Notes under the pieces: model-generated
The model's database searches: none
The model's input: the letters and a program-made list of their open reading frames with translations, nothing else
Told to the model about the DNA's origin: nothing
Program-made: the position numbers and the translations under genes
In this document: in pieces, positions 49,448 through 57,864 of the stretch
Layout of the letters: each line of letters begins with the position of its first letter
How positions within the stretch are numbered: position 1 is the first letter of the stretch
Origin: a virus
Strand: one strand, 5' to 3'
Length of the DNA stretch: 64,000 bases
Virus record (IMG/VR): IMGVR_UViG_3300008085_000023
Span: 1-64,000 of that record

Positions 49448-49816
49448 CTATCCTCTGCATTCGAATGATGTAGGAACTCCGCGAGTGACGATCATGTCCA
49501 GTAGATCATATAGACCTGAACCACTCTGTAGAGGTGAGCGAGGTGCCGATGATCGAAATTCTAAACCACTATCCCAATACAATATTACGTCGGGCTTCTG
49601 TCTACGAACTGCCTTAGCCTTCTTAATGTACTCAGCTTGACTAGCTCGTAGTTTTTGCAATTGCACAGCGATGCGTGACAGCTTTGCCGCTTCATCGGTC
49701 GTCTTTTCGGCAATCACTTTGCGAATCTCAGTGCCTTTGTTAATCAAGGTGGCGAGCTCGCTGTCGTATGGTGTGGGTATGTTTTTCATATATTCCTTGG
49801 GTGTTAGATAAGCCAT
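49448..49816 (-). CDS. Hypothetical protein
   Basis: ORF in the operon behind the early promoter at 50180-50208. Confidence 0.5.
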   Translation of the reverse strand: MAYLTPKEYMKNIPTPYDSELATLINKGTEIRKVIAEKTTDEAAKLSRIAVQLQKLRASQAEYIKKAKAVRRQKPDVILYWDSGLEFRSSAPRSPLQSGSGLYDLLDMIVTRGVPTSFECRG

Positions 49817-50249
49817 TGAAGTACGACAAATGCCGTGATGGCGATTGACTGCAAGATAATGGTGATGGCTGGCAGATCGTTTCTTGCCATGATTCGATAC
49901 GTGTTACTGAATGTGAATAACACACCAATAAATAGTACGATAATTTTTGCTATGAGCATAATTACTTTCTTGTGTTGTGCTACAGTTGACGGATCAACTT
50001 ATTAGCGGTTTTAAAATCCGGATGTGAAGCATTACGAACTGCAAGATTGCGACTCAGCCAATTGATGTCATCTATCCGTAGCGATGGAACATCCATCGTG
50101 GCCAGAATTCGGGCCAGCTTTACGGCTATTACATCATTTTTCTCAATCATCTCAATTCCTTATTAATAATAACTAGACTAATATACCATATCACTGGCCT
50201 AATGTACACCATTATTTTCGGCTCCTGAGAGGCCCTAGAATCACTTGGA

Positions 50250-50942
50250 TCATATTGGGAGGGTATTAACCTTAGTCTTACCCCGCGGACGTCTTGAGGG
50301 CTTCTTTGGAGCCGTCTTTTGGGCAGGTTTAGCTGTTGTGAGCTTCACACGAGTCTTCACCGGGGCCTTGGCTGTAGTTTTCTTCTTGGCTGGAGCTCGT
50401 TTGGCAGTAGCCACCAACGGTTCAGCAAATTTCTGAAGCTTCTTGAAGAGACGGAGACCTTTATCACATTCCTTCTTATCCAGAATCTTTTGATCGTCAG
50501 TGCGGGTGGTATCCTTTCGGATTTCCTTCTTCCGTTCCTTAATAGTCTCAAGCTCATCGTCAATACACTGAAGGATATACTGTAGATCATGCCTGCAGAC
50601 GCCCACTAGCTTCTCAGGATCTTCAAGGTATGCGACCATTGAACCTTTAGGTGTTGGATCACTCTTGGGTTCAGTTGCGCCGGTAGTCGTCCCACCAATT
50701 GTGCCCACGACTTTGGCCTTAGGCTTCCGCGGTTGGCGTGGCTTACGCTTCTTTCGTGGCTTAAAATCACGCACCATCTCCTCGTAATGACCCATCACAC
50801 TTTTAGCCAAGCGATCTATTTGATCCTGCGTAAGGATGTACTGCTCACCGTCTTTAACGAGGACGTACTTATTCTTTTTGATGTAGAATACACCTGGGTA
50901 CGTCTCAGTTATACCTTCAAGGTTGATTACTTCAGTTGCCAT
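50250..50942 (-). CDS. Lys-rich protein with a histone-H1-like C-terminal tail
   Basis: KPRKKRKPRQPRKPK; AKRAPAKKKTTAKAPVK...APKKPSRRPRGK. Confidence 0.65.
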   Translation of the reverse strand: MATEVINLEGITETYPGVFYIKKNKYVLVKDGEQYILTQDQIDRLAKSVMGHYEEMVRDFKPRKKRKPRQPRKPKAKVVGTIGGTTTGATEPKSDPTPKGSMVAYLEDPEKLVGVCRHDLQYILQCIDDELETIKERKKEIRKDTTRTDDQKILDKKECDKGLRLFKKLQKFAEPLVATAKRAPAKKKTTAKAPVKTRVKLTTAKPAQKTAPKKPSRRPRGKTKVNTLPI

Positions 50943-50950
50943 AATGGATC

Positions 50951-51781
50951 CTATATGTCGCTGGTTCGAATTGCATGCAATTCATTCTTGGTCATCTTCA
51001 AAACTCGAGGAGCGTGATCATTGAGATAGACAATTGAAGCTGAAGGTCGTGTATCAATCAACTCGAATATGTCATGGAATTGATGGGCGTAATTGACGAT
51101 CTGTAGCACCATCTTCGTCCAACCGATTATCAGGTCGTAGTCGTCCACCATCTGGGCACATCGGATCTCTGCTCGTCGGCAATCGTCTTCGCCATAGAGG
51201 TGTACATCGGTGTACTTCTCCCCGATGAGGCCTGGGTTGTTAAGCAGCAGTGTAGCTACTTTATTAATCATTGGGACGTCTGGTCCGTGCGGATTAACTC
51301 GGATGAGTGACTGACTGTAGTGGCTATTGGCGCGATCGGGAAAGATACCATAGATGTCCGAAGACATTTCATACCATATCGCTAGAAACACAAGACGATC
51401 GAGGTCGCCCAAGTCAACGTGGATGTGATAACCCGTCTCGCTGCCAAATCGACCGTCGTTGTTATTCACAAGCTTAATAGTCTTAGCGATTTCCAAAAAT
51501 GACTCTTTACATACGTCAAGGATTGGAGAGACTATTTCACCTCCAACGTCATCGCCAGAATCATCCATCTCAGTTACGGAATAGTCGGCAATAAGCTGCC
51601 AATGCTTATATTTGGAATCAACATCATCCCAGCCATCGAGCGAACACTTGACGCCATGACGATACTTAGACTTTTGTTGATTGAATATGGGCGCAAATGT
51701 TTTCAATGGCGTATCCATAAATTCAATCTCTACACCGAACCGAAATGATTCGGGTAGTAAGTAAGGTGTCTTAGCCGGCAT
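50951..51781 (-). CDS. Putative amidoligase (Amidoligase_2, COOH-NH2 ligase family)
   Basis: FGVEIEF, W....D.SV, GGEIVSPIL, G.HIHVD, E.R. Confidence 0.8.
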   Translation of the reverse strand: MPAKTPYLLPESFRFGVEIEFMDTPLKTFAPIFNQQKSKYRHGVKCSLDGWDDVDSKYKHWQLIADYSVTEMDDSGDDVGGEIVSPILDVCKESFLEIAKTIKLVNNNDGRFGSETGYHIHVDLGDLDRLVFLAIWYEMSSDIYGIFPDRANSHYSQSLIRVNPHGPDVPMINKVATLLLNNPGLIGEKYTDVHLYGEDDCRRAEIRCAQMVDDYDLIIGWTKMVLQIVNYAHQFHDIFELIDTRPSASIVYLNDHAPRVLKMTKNELHAIRTSDI

Positions 51782-51787
51782 GGTGGG

Positions 51788-52387
51788 TTACCCCTTTCCG
51801 TTGAGGATCATGATCTGGGCGGTCAGGGACTCGATGATCGCGGCCGCATTATAGCAGCCACGGACTGTCGCCTTGAAGCGAGGGTGTACAGTTTCGCGGT
51901 AGATGTCGCGGAGACTGAACACTGGCTCAAGGGCCTGCATAAAGATGCAACGCTTAACTACGGTGAGGTCAGCCTCCTTAGAGGTGGCATCCACGAGAAT
52001 ATCGCGCATCTTAGTGGTGTCCTCGAGGTTCATCTTCGGCTTCCGACCACGGTCGGTCTTCGCGACCTTCGCCTTAGGTGCCTTCGCCTTGGCCTTCTTC
52101 GCGGACTTCTTGGCCACAACAACGTCTGCTGCAACCTGCTTGGTAATAAGGTCGCATTCGTCATCAACCACAGACTGGCCAGTTCGGCGCAACTCAGCGT
52201 TGATCTCAGCACGGATGGCAGCATCTTCAGCTTCCATCTCAGCGTCGGTCATTTCAACCGCGTCGGTATCCTCATCTGGGATCACGATGTCCAGGTTCTC
52301 GATAGCCGCAGTAGATGCGTCCATATCAAAATCCTCAATACTGCCTTCGGTTGCCATTGCGTCCATGATGTCGTCTATGTCGTTCAT
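51788..52387 (-). CDS. Early protein with a very acidic N-terminus and a Lys/Ala-rich linker
   Basis: Start at ATG 52387 with AAGGA RBS; first gene after cassette E. Confidence 0.7.
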   Translation of the reverse strand: MNDIDDIMDAMATEGSIEDFDMDASTAAIENLDIVIPDEDTDAVEMTDAEMEAEDAAIRAEINAELRRTGQSVVDDECDLITKQVAADVVVAKKSAKKAKAKAPKAKVAKTDRGRKPKMNLEDTTKMRDILVDATSKEADLTVVKRCIFMQALEPVFSLRDIYRETVHPRFKATVRGCYNAAAIIESLTAQIMILNGKG

Positions 52388-52427
52388 TCTCTTTTCCTTC
52401 TGGGCTGCTGCCCTGTTGCTTGATACC

Positions 52428-52607
52428 ATTATACACCAGTTTCAGCCATAAAGTACACAAAAAAGTGATCCCGACAGCACTTTTTTGCTAAGTAGGCCTC
52501 TAGAAGGGGCTTACACAATCACCTTTTTCGGCCTTTTGGGCCCAAAATCGGCCAAAATCGACCCATGAGGGCGTAAAATGCATAAATATGGCTCCGATGG
52601 CCATTTA
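52428..52607 (-). promoter_or_regulatory. Early promoter plus two palindromes (cassette E)
   Basis: TGTACT-N18-TATAAT at 52428-52457; palindromes at 52489-52513 and 52583-52607. Confidence 0.8.
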
Positions 52608-52643
52608 CATACTGTAGTTGTGTAAAGCCTTGATGCAGGATGA

Positions 52644-52928
52644 CTACTCTACAGTTTTCCGCCATCCCAGGCGCCATAGGAGCTTAGCGATGGTTGTTGC
52701 AATGATATTGATGTAGTATTCGCAGATAAGAGGACACGCCGCGTGGAGGCCTTCGTGGATGATAACGTCCAGATCTTCTAGGGTATTTCCCTCGAGTAGG
52801 ATATAGAGAGTCTTCTTTTCGTAGTTACATTCTCCAAGCTTGCCTTCTGGGAGCCCCGATTGATCTTTTAATCTGTAGCGAATATCGTCAAAGACATGAC
52901 TCTTAGGCAGGGATTTCTTTCTTGACAT
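52644..52928 (-). CDS. Small HExxH (zincin-like) protein
   Basis: LG.C.Y....I...IIHEGLHA. Confidence 0.6.
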   Translation of the reverse strand: MSRKKSLPKSHVFDDIRYRLKDQSGLPEGKLGECNYEKKTLYILLEGNTLEDLDVIIHEGLHAACPLICEYYINIIATTIAKLLWRLGWRKTVE

Positions 52929-52937
52929 AATATATTC

Positions 52938-53264
52938 TCATTTACTTAAGATAGAGCGATAGTATTCATACTCGCTTTTCCAAAACGGTAGACGCTGTGA
53001 TGGATCTTTCCGGTCTGGATATGTTTTATCGGGATCATACGCGCAGTAAGCTTTACCGTCCTTGGCCATTGACCATTTATTTGACACGTCGTGTTCCATA
53101 GGGAACATCAACGCTTCTGCAGCGTCGGCTGTGGAGAGCGTAGCAGACTTGCATAACATACGATTATGAGTTCTCAACCGCTGATGCCAGATACGCTTAT
53201 CCTGCTTTTCAGAAGAGCATTTAGCTATACCATGGATTGGTGTCTTTTTGAACGATCTGCTCAT
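52938..53264 (-). CDS. Conserved basic hypothetical protein
   Basis: MSRSFKKTPI.G....SEKQDKR.W...W.M.KDGK. Confidence 0.65.
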   Translation of the reverse strand: MSRSFKKTPIHGIAKCSSEKQDKRIWHQRLRTHNRMLCKSATLSTADAAEALMFPMEHDVSNKWSMAKDGKAYCAYDPDKTYPDRKDPSQRLPFWKSEYEYYRSILSK

Positions 53265-53881
53265 GCCGTAGGTTCCAAAGAATGAAAGTGATTCAATACG
53301 CTAGTCATTAAAGCGAGCTCATCAAGGCGGGCCCGACTACTAAAGAGATGGTTCGGGCCGGCAAGATCGTGGAATCTATTCCAATATCGAGCCGGTTGAT
53401 GAATATAACCGCCATTGGCACTGAACGCATCGACGATATAATCCATGTCATCGATGAGCAATGCATCTGGTTCACCTAGAGGGCCCTTGCCAACTGCCGA
53501 GCTGACATATATACGTTCACCATCGGAAAATGCGTTACGGTCAAGCCAATCATTCCTTCCAGCAATAAAATTATCTTTCATCCCCTCGGGATATTGAGTA
53601 CAGATCGCAAATGGGATGCGGTGGAGATGGCAGAATTCTGCCACTAGGTTGTAGATGAGGTTACCATTAGGCAAAACACCAAGGTTTGACCAAAAGTCAT
53701 AATCATCCAGCTCTTTAATGAACTCATCAGATGTCATACCTAGCATAGGACCCATGCGATCACAACCTGCAGGCCAATTAACCTCTTCGGGTCTAATCCC
53801 GTGATAGAGCAACGCTGATGTGGTAAAATCTGCCAATACTCCATCAACATCTAAATAAATCTTCTTAATCATTTTGTCCAC
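53261..53881 (-). CDS. HAD-family 5'(3')-deoxyribonucleotidase-like phosphatase
   Basis: IYLDVDGVLADF, FW.NL, LLIDD, P..WN. Confidence 0.85.
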   Translation of the reverse strand: MDKMIKKIYLDVDGVLADFTTSALLYHGIRPEEVNWPAGCDRMGPMLGMTSDEFIKELDDYDFWSNLGVLPNGNLIYNLVAEFCHLHRIPFAICTQYPEGMKDNFIAGRNDWLDRNAFSDGERIYVSSAVGKGPLGEPDALLIDDMDYIVDAFSANGGYIHQPARYWNRFHDLAGPNHLFSSRARLDELALMTSVLNHFHSLEPTA

Positions 53882-54431
53882 CCTTCCATTTGTGGTATAT
53901 TTTCAAAACGTCCATCTTACTCATAGGGACGAACCGACGTACATCTACACCAACATTGATGCGGAGAATGCCATCTATAACGCGTTCCGCCCACTTCTCG
54001 TGAACATGCCCGCACAGAACTAAATCGATTGCGCCGGTTGCCAATAGCGTGTCCACATAAACACACTCGGGCTTATGCACCATAAGGACATTTAGGTTGC
54101 TCATTCGCATGACTGCATATTCAACACCATCCTTGACCTTGTTATTCGAGTCATGATTACCCATGATATGAATAACCTTGGCATTGATCAAATCCTCATA
54201 GTACGTCGCCGGGGCCTTATCTCCCATGACACCCTTTTCGCGTCCATAGGCGCAAAAGTCACCAATATGATACAACGTATCATTAGGTTTTACCCGTTGA
54301 TTAATGATCGTAATCATATGTTTGAGCATATGATCGCGGTCTCGAAACGGGCGTTGGCAATACTTTATTATGCTGCCATGACCGAAATGCAAGTCTGATG
54401 TAAAATAAGCTGCCATTATGTCATTGTCCAA
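53865..54431 (-). CDS. Calcineurin-like metallophosphoesterase
   Basis: TSDLHFGH, IGDF, MGNHD, CGHVH, INVGVD. Confidence 0.9.
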   Translation of the reverse strand: MDNDIMAAYFTSDLHFGHGSIIKYCQRPFRDRDHMLKHMITIINQRVKPNDTLYHIGDFCAYGREKGVMGDKAPATYYEDLINAKVIHIMGNHDSNNKVKDGVEYAVMRMSNLNVLMVHKPECVYVDTLLATGAIDLVLCGHVHEKWAERVIDGILRINVGVDVRRFVPMSKMDVLKIYHKWKGGQND

Positions 54432-54640
54432 TCGTCTTCATCAATTAGAATTCTACCGTACGTATCTATTGTCGGTTCCGGAAAATCTCCAGGCCATGTA
54501 ACACCAGCAACCATACCTAAACATAACCTGCCATCATACCATGATACTGCATTCTCTACTATGCCAATAATAGTGAAGCGGGAGGATATTCCTCCTGCAC
54601 CCATATCAATCTCCGACTCGCAGAATGAAGGGTATTTCAT
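54416..54640 (-). CDS. Hypothetical protein
   Basis: Portion of the ORF not overlapping the ligase (MKYPSF...). Confidence 0.4.
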   Translation of the reverse strand: MKYPSFCESEIDMGAGGISSRFTIIGIVENAVSWYDGRLCLGMVAGVTWPGDFPEPTIDTYGRILIDEDDWTMT

Positions 54641-54671
54641 ATCAAAGGATTTTCCGTAGATCTTAATCACT

Positions 54672-55802
54672 TCAGATATCCTCTCGTAGGCGAAGAGCCA
54701 CAGGAAAGCGAGGGGCACCCGTCTTCTTAATGATCGCCTGATACTGCACGGTGAGCATCTGTCCGATGTACTTATCTGGGCTGTCAAAGTACTTCTTCAG
54801 ATCCGCCAGCGAGCCCTTCATTTTGGCGTCAAATGAGTAACCATCCTTCGTCTGGCAGATGAAGATACCATGGCCTGCCATCTTGCCGCGGCCTTCCTTG
54901 ACCCCGGTGATTTCGAATTCGTCATCGTGGAACTTCTTAATCTTCTGCAGATCGTAGGACCGCTTAGAAGGAGAGAAAACATATTCCCCAACCTTGTTCC
55001 GCAGCATGGCGCCTTCGTAACCCACCTCAAGGAAGTGTTCGAACGCAGCTATAGCTTCCATCTCATCCTCAGCTTCAAGGGTTTCTACGATGACCAAATA
55101 CTCGGAGGCCCCTGATATGAGGTCGTCAATGATATAGTGGCGTTCACTGAAGTCCAAACCTGACATGGCTAGGTCGTAAACATGGTGCTGTACTTCCGTG
55201 TGACCTTCAACGGGTTCGTCGTGCCGAATCAAACTCGAGATCTGATCAAAGTCATCATGATACTTATGGTTGTATAGTTCTCCATCAAACACCATGTTAC
55301 GTACATCCAGTGCCTCATATGCTTCTACAATGTGTGGCAAAGAGGTAATGGGCTTCCGTGAGCGTGACCACAAAGCGCACTTCCCCTTGTCGTCAATAAT
55401 GGCCACACAACGATGGCCATCGAACTTGGGCTGAGTGAATGCTGGGAAGTTGATCTTATGCCCAACCTTATCAAATCGATGGGCCAGCATAGGCCAGACA
55501 CCACCTTCAATGATTGCGTCAATCTGCCCGGTTTTTGCCCCGGTTCGTTCCTGTACATGGCCTCGCTTCAGCTTACGTTCCCACTTGGATTGCGCTTCAG
55601 CTTGGGCCTGCTCAGTTGGCGTAGTGGCGTTGGAACGACCAATATTCTTGCCTTCTTTTACTTCATCACGAGATTCCTGCATGGAACCGTCTTCTTGTCC
55701 CCAGCGGGTTACGATGACGTTATCTTCAGTTGAGATCGTCCAAGTCTGGATGGCACCGGATTGACGCTGGCGGTATAGGGTTGGAAATGTTTTAATGTTC
55801 AT
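54672..55802 (-). CDS. Compact ATP-dependent DNA ligase with a WGR-like N-terminal domain
   Basis: PMLA, KFDGHRC, SR, DGELY, YD, EGAMLR, K.K.F.D.EF, PRFPV. Confidence 0.92.
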   Translation of the reverse strand: MNIKTFPTLYRQRQSGAIQTWTISTEDNVIVTRWGQEDGSMQESRDEVKEGKNIGRSNATTPTEQAQAEAQSKWERKLKRGHVQERTGAKTGQIDAIIEGGVWPMLAHRFDKVGHKINFPAFTQPKFDGHRCVAIIDDKGKCALWSRSRKPITSLPHIVEAYEALDVRNMVFDGELYNHKYHDDFDQISSLIRHDEPVEGHTEVQHHVYDLAMSGLDFSERHYIIDDLISGASEYLVIVETLEAEDEMEAIAAFEHFLEVGYEGAMLRNKVGEYVFSPSKRSYDLQKIKKFHDDEFEITGVKEGRGKMAGHGIFICQTKDGYSFDAKMKGSLADLKKYFDSPDKYIGQMLTVQYQAIIKKTGAPRFPVALRLREDI

Positions 55803-55813
55803 ATTCGCTTTCT

Positions 55814-55987
55814 TTATTTGATGTTCATGAAAAACACGTCGGGAGCTTCAAATATAGATCCGTCAGGGCGGCGTAAACTGTACCAGCCTTCGCCATTATA
55901 AAAATAGGACCTAATGACAACGTATTCCACATTGGCCTCAATGCCCCAAAACTCGCTTGCTCTGTCAGTAATAACTGTAGTTGCCAT
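55814..55987 (-). CDS. Small hypothetical protein
   Basis: MATTVITD start after the early promoter at 56012-56040. Confidence 0.5.
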   Translation of the reverse strand: MATTVITDRASEFWGIEANVEYVVIRSYFYNGEGWYSLRRPDGSIFEAPDVFFMNIK

Positions 55988-56054
55988 AGTGTCTTCCTTT
56001 ATTCTGGATCTATTATACACCAATCGATGACCGATGTACACCGTTATTTTGCGA

Positions 56055-56555
56055 TCATCCTTTAAATGTGAATTCCCTCGCATCCTCCAGCTGGAGAAGC
56101 GATTCAAAATCAACGTCCTTACTATTGCCATTTTCAAACGTAATGCGAACCTGTGTGATCACCCGGCATGTCATAAAGTCAGCACTCGGGAATACACCAC
56201 CTGTGATAATGACTGGCTCGCCATTAAAAATGAAGGTGGTAACCATCGTAGGCGGCACGGATTCCTTAAGATTGTCACTATGGACCCACCGACCGGTGAA
56301 AGAGTCCTTGATGATAACTGTACCGTCAAGGATTGGACGATTCCAACCACGAAGACCGGTGCAGTAATAACCGCGGTTTACCCGACGAAACACCATTTCG
56401 TCAGTATTCCAATTCTTCTCCTGGCGGAAGAGGTTCCAGTCACGACCGTTAACTTTACAAATAAACTCCTGACATTCCGAGAACGTGCGGCCCTCAACTC
56501 CGCCTTCCTTAACAAAATCGATGATTCTTTGACGCTTGGTGATCTGCTTGCTCAT
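56055..56555 (-). CDS. Hypothetical protein
   Basis: First gene after cassette F; AGGAAGAGG RBS. Confidence 0.65.
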   Translation of the reverse strand: MSKQITKRQRIIDFVKEGGVEGRTFSECQEFICKVNGRDWNLFRQEKNWNTDEMVFRRVNRGYYCTGLRGWNRPILDGTVIIKDSFTGRWVHSDNLKESVPPTMVTTFIFNGEPVIITGGVFPSADFMTCRVITQVRITFENGNSKDVDFESLLQLEDAREFTFKG

Positions 56556-56590
56556 ACTGTATCCTCTTCCTTTAACTTGTTCCTAATATT

Positions 56591-56768
56591 ATTATACCAC
56601 AGTTTCCACGGCTATGTACACCATTATTTTCATCCAGAAGGTACTTTTTGCTAAGTATGGCTTCAGAAGGCACTTACACAATCACTTTTGAGACAAAAAC
56701 GCCCTCGATGGGCTCAAAATGACCCATGAGGGCGTAAAATGCATAAGTAGGGCTCTAGCTGCCGCTTA
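56591..56768 (-). promoter_or_regulatory. Early promoter plus two palindromes (cassette F)
   Basis: TGTACA-N18-TATAAT at 56591-56620; palindromes at 56652-56676 and 56744-56768. Confidence 0.8.
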
Positions 56769-56796
56769 CATACTGTAGTTTTGAAATACCATCATA

Positions 56797-57438
56797 TCAG
56801 GTATCGTCTGAGGCCAACGATAGAAGAACTACAGCCAAAACATCCTCGTGAACCTCTTCCAAAGACCTATTAGCGTCAATTGTAGTGAAGCGGTGGTTAT
56901 TATCAGCCGCCGCGAGGCCACGATATCCATTAGCGACCCGATTATGGAAGTTCATGGATTCACGTTCCATACGATCGAGGTTTGCCTTTCCTTTGGTCTC
57001 TTTAAAGATACGTTCGAACCCTGCCTCAACTGGAAGGTCAAGTAAGATTGTAATATCCGGCATCAGTTCCTGCGTGGCAAATGAGTTGAGTGCTTCAATA
57101 TCTTTTAGCGGGAACTTCCGGCCATAGCCTTGATAAGCCATGGTTGAGTCGATGAAGCGATCTGAAAGCACAATTGTATTTTGCGCTAATGCCGGGCCAA
57201 TGACTTCATGGATGAGCTGTGCGCGACTTGCTTCGAACAATAGCGTTTCAGCTACTGGAGAAATGTTAGGTCCACATGAATCGTGCTGTAGGATATTCCG
57301 TACAGCTTCACCCATGATCGTTCCGCCTGGTTCTCGTACAGTGATCACATCGTAATTGCTAAGCGTTAAGCGATCAGCGAGCATTTTGAGTTGAGTTGAT
57401 TTGCCCGATCCTTCGGGTCCTTCGAATGTAATAAACAT
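56797..57438 (-). CDS. tmk: Thymidylate kinase, bacterial type
   Basis: FITFEGPEGSGKSTQ, REPGGT, DRFIDST.AYQGYGR, PD.T.LLD, DRME. Confidence 0.95.
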   Translation of the reverse strand: MFITFEGPEGSGKSTQLKMLADRLTLSNYDVITVREPGGTIMGEAVRNILQHDSCGPNISPVAETLLFEASRAQLIHEVIGPALAQNTIVLSDRFIDSTMAYQGYGRKFPLKDIEALNSFATQELMPDITILLDLPVEAGFERIFKETKGKANLDRMERESMNFHNRVANGYRGLAAADNNHRFTTIDANRSLEEVHEDVLAVVLLSLASDDT

Positions 57439-57862
57439 GTTTGCCTTTCTACGTACCACCCCCGATATTCAGGATAAATGGTTTCTAATTTACTTTATTG
57501 TTACTTTTTGATTTTGGATATTCTAGAGGCTTATCGTTAGAATTTTTAGCTTTCGTGCGACATACTCTGGAATTCCATGCTCAATACAGTGTTTTTTGAA
57601 TGTTGGCATTACGTTCTAAAATGAGTTCGCCATGCTCATTGAACACTTTATAAGACTTAGCGGCGGGGTTCTTATCGCCTAGACGTGATTTTACATAATT
57701 TTCTCGGTTAGATTTCTTCACCCCATACCACGGGCACTCTGAACCTCGTTTCCCTTTCCAATGCGATTTAGTCATACCAAAGCAGCCTTTACCATTCGCA
57801 TATGCCATATTGATATATAATGGATTACGCACTGCGTTAACGCTATGCTGTAGTGAATTTTC
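57431..57862 (-). pseudogene. Remnant of a Seg-like homing endonuclease (N-terminus lost, C-terminus frameshifted)
   Basis: ENSLQ...V.NPLYINMAYA..G.FG, G...PWYG.K.S, G.KNPAAK; continuation (KKHC.EHGI; YPEYRGWYV) lies in other frames. Confidence 0.65.
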
Positions 57863-57864
57863 TT

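Noticed and set aside
37352-56768. CRISPR array or integron attC array
   Set aside because: The repeats are dispersed kilobases apart and tied to promoters; no repeat-spacer periodicity, cas gene or integrase in the window
57581-57832. Intact 83-aa gene
   Set aside because: It is the middle fragment of a decayed endonuclease; similarity extends upstream without a start and downstream in other frames
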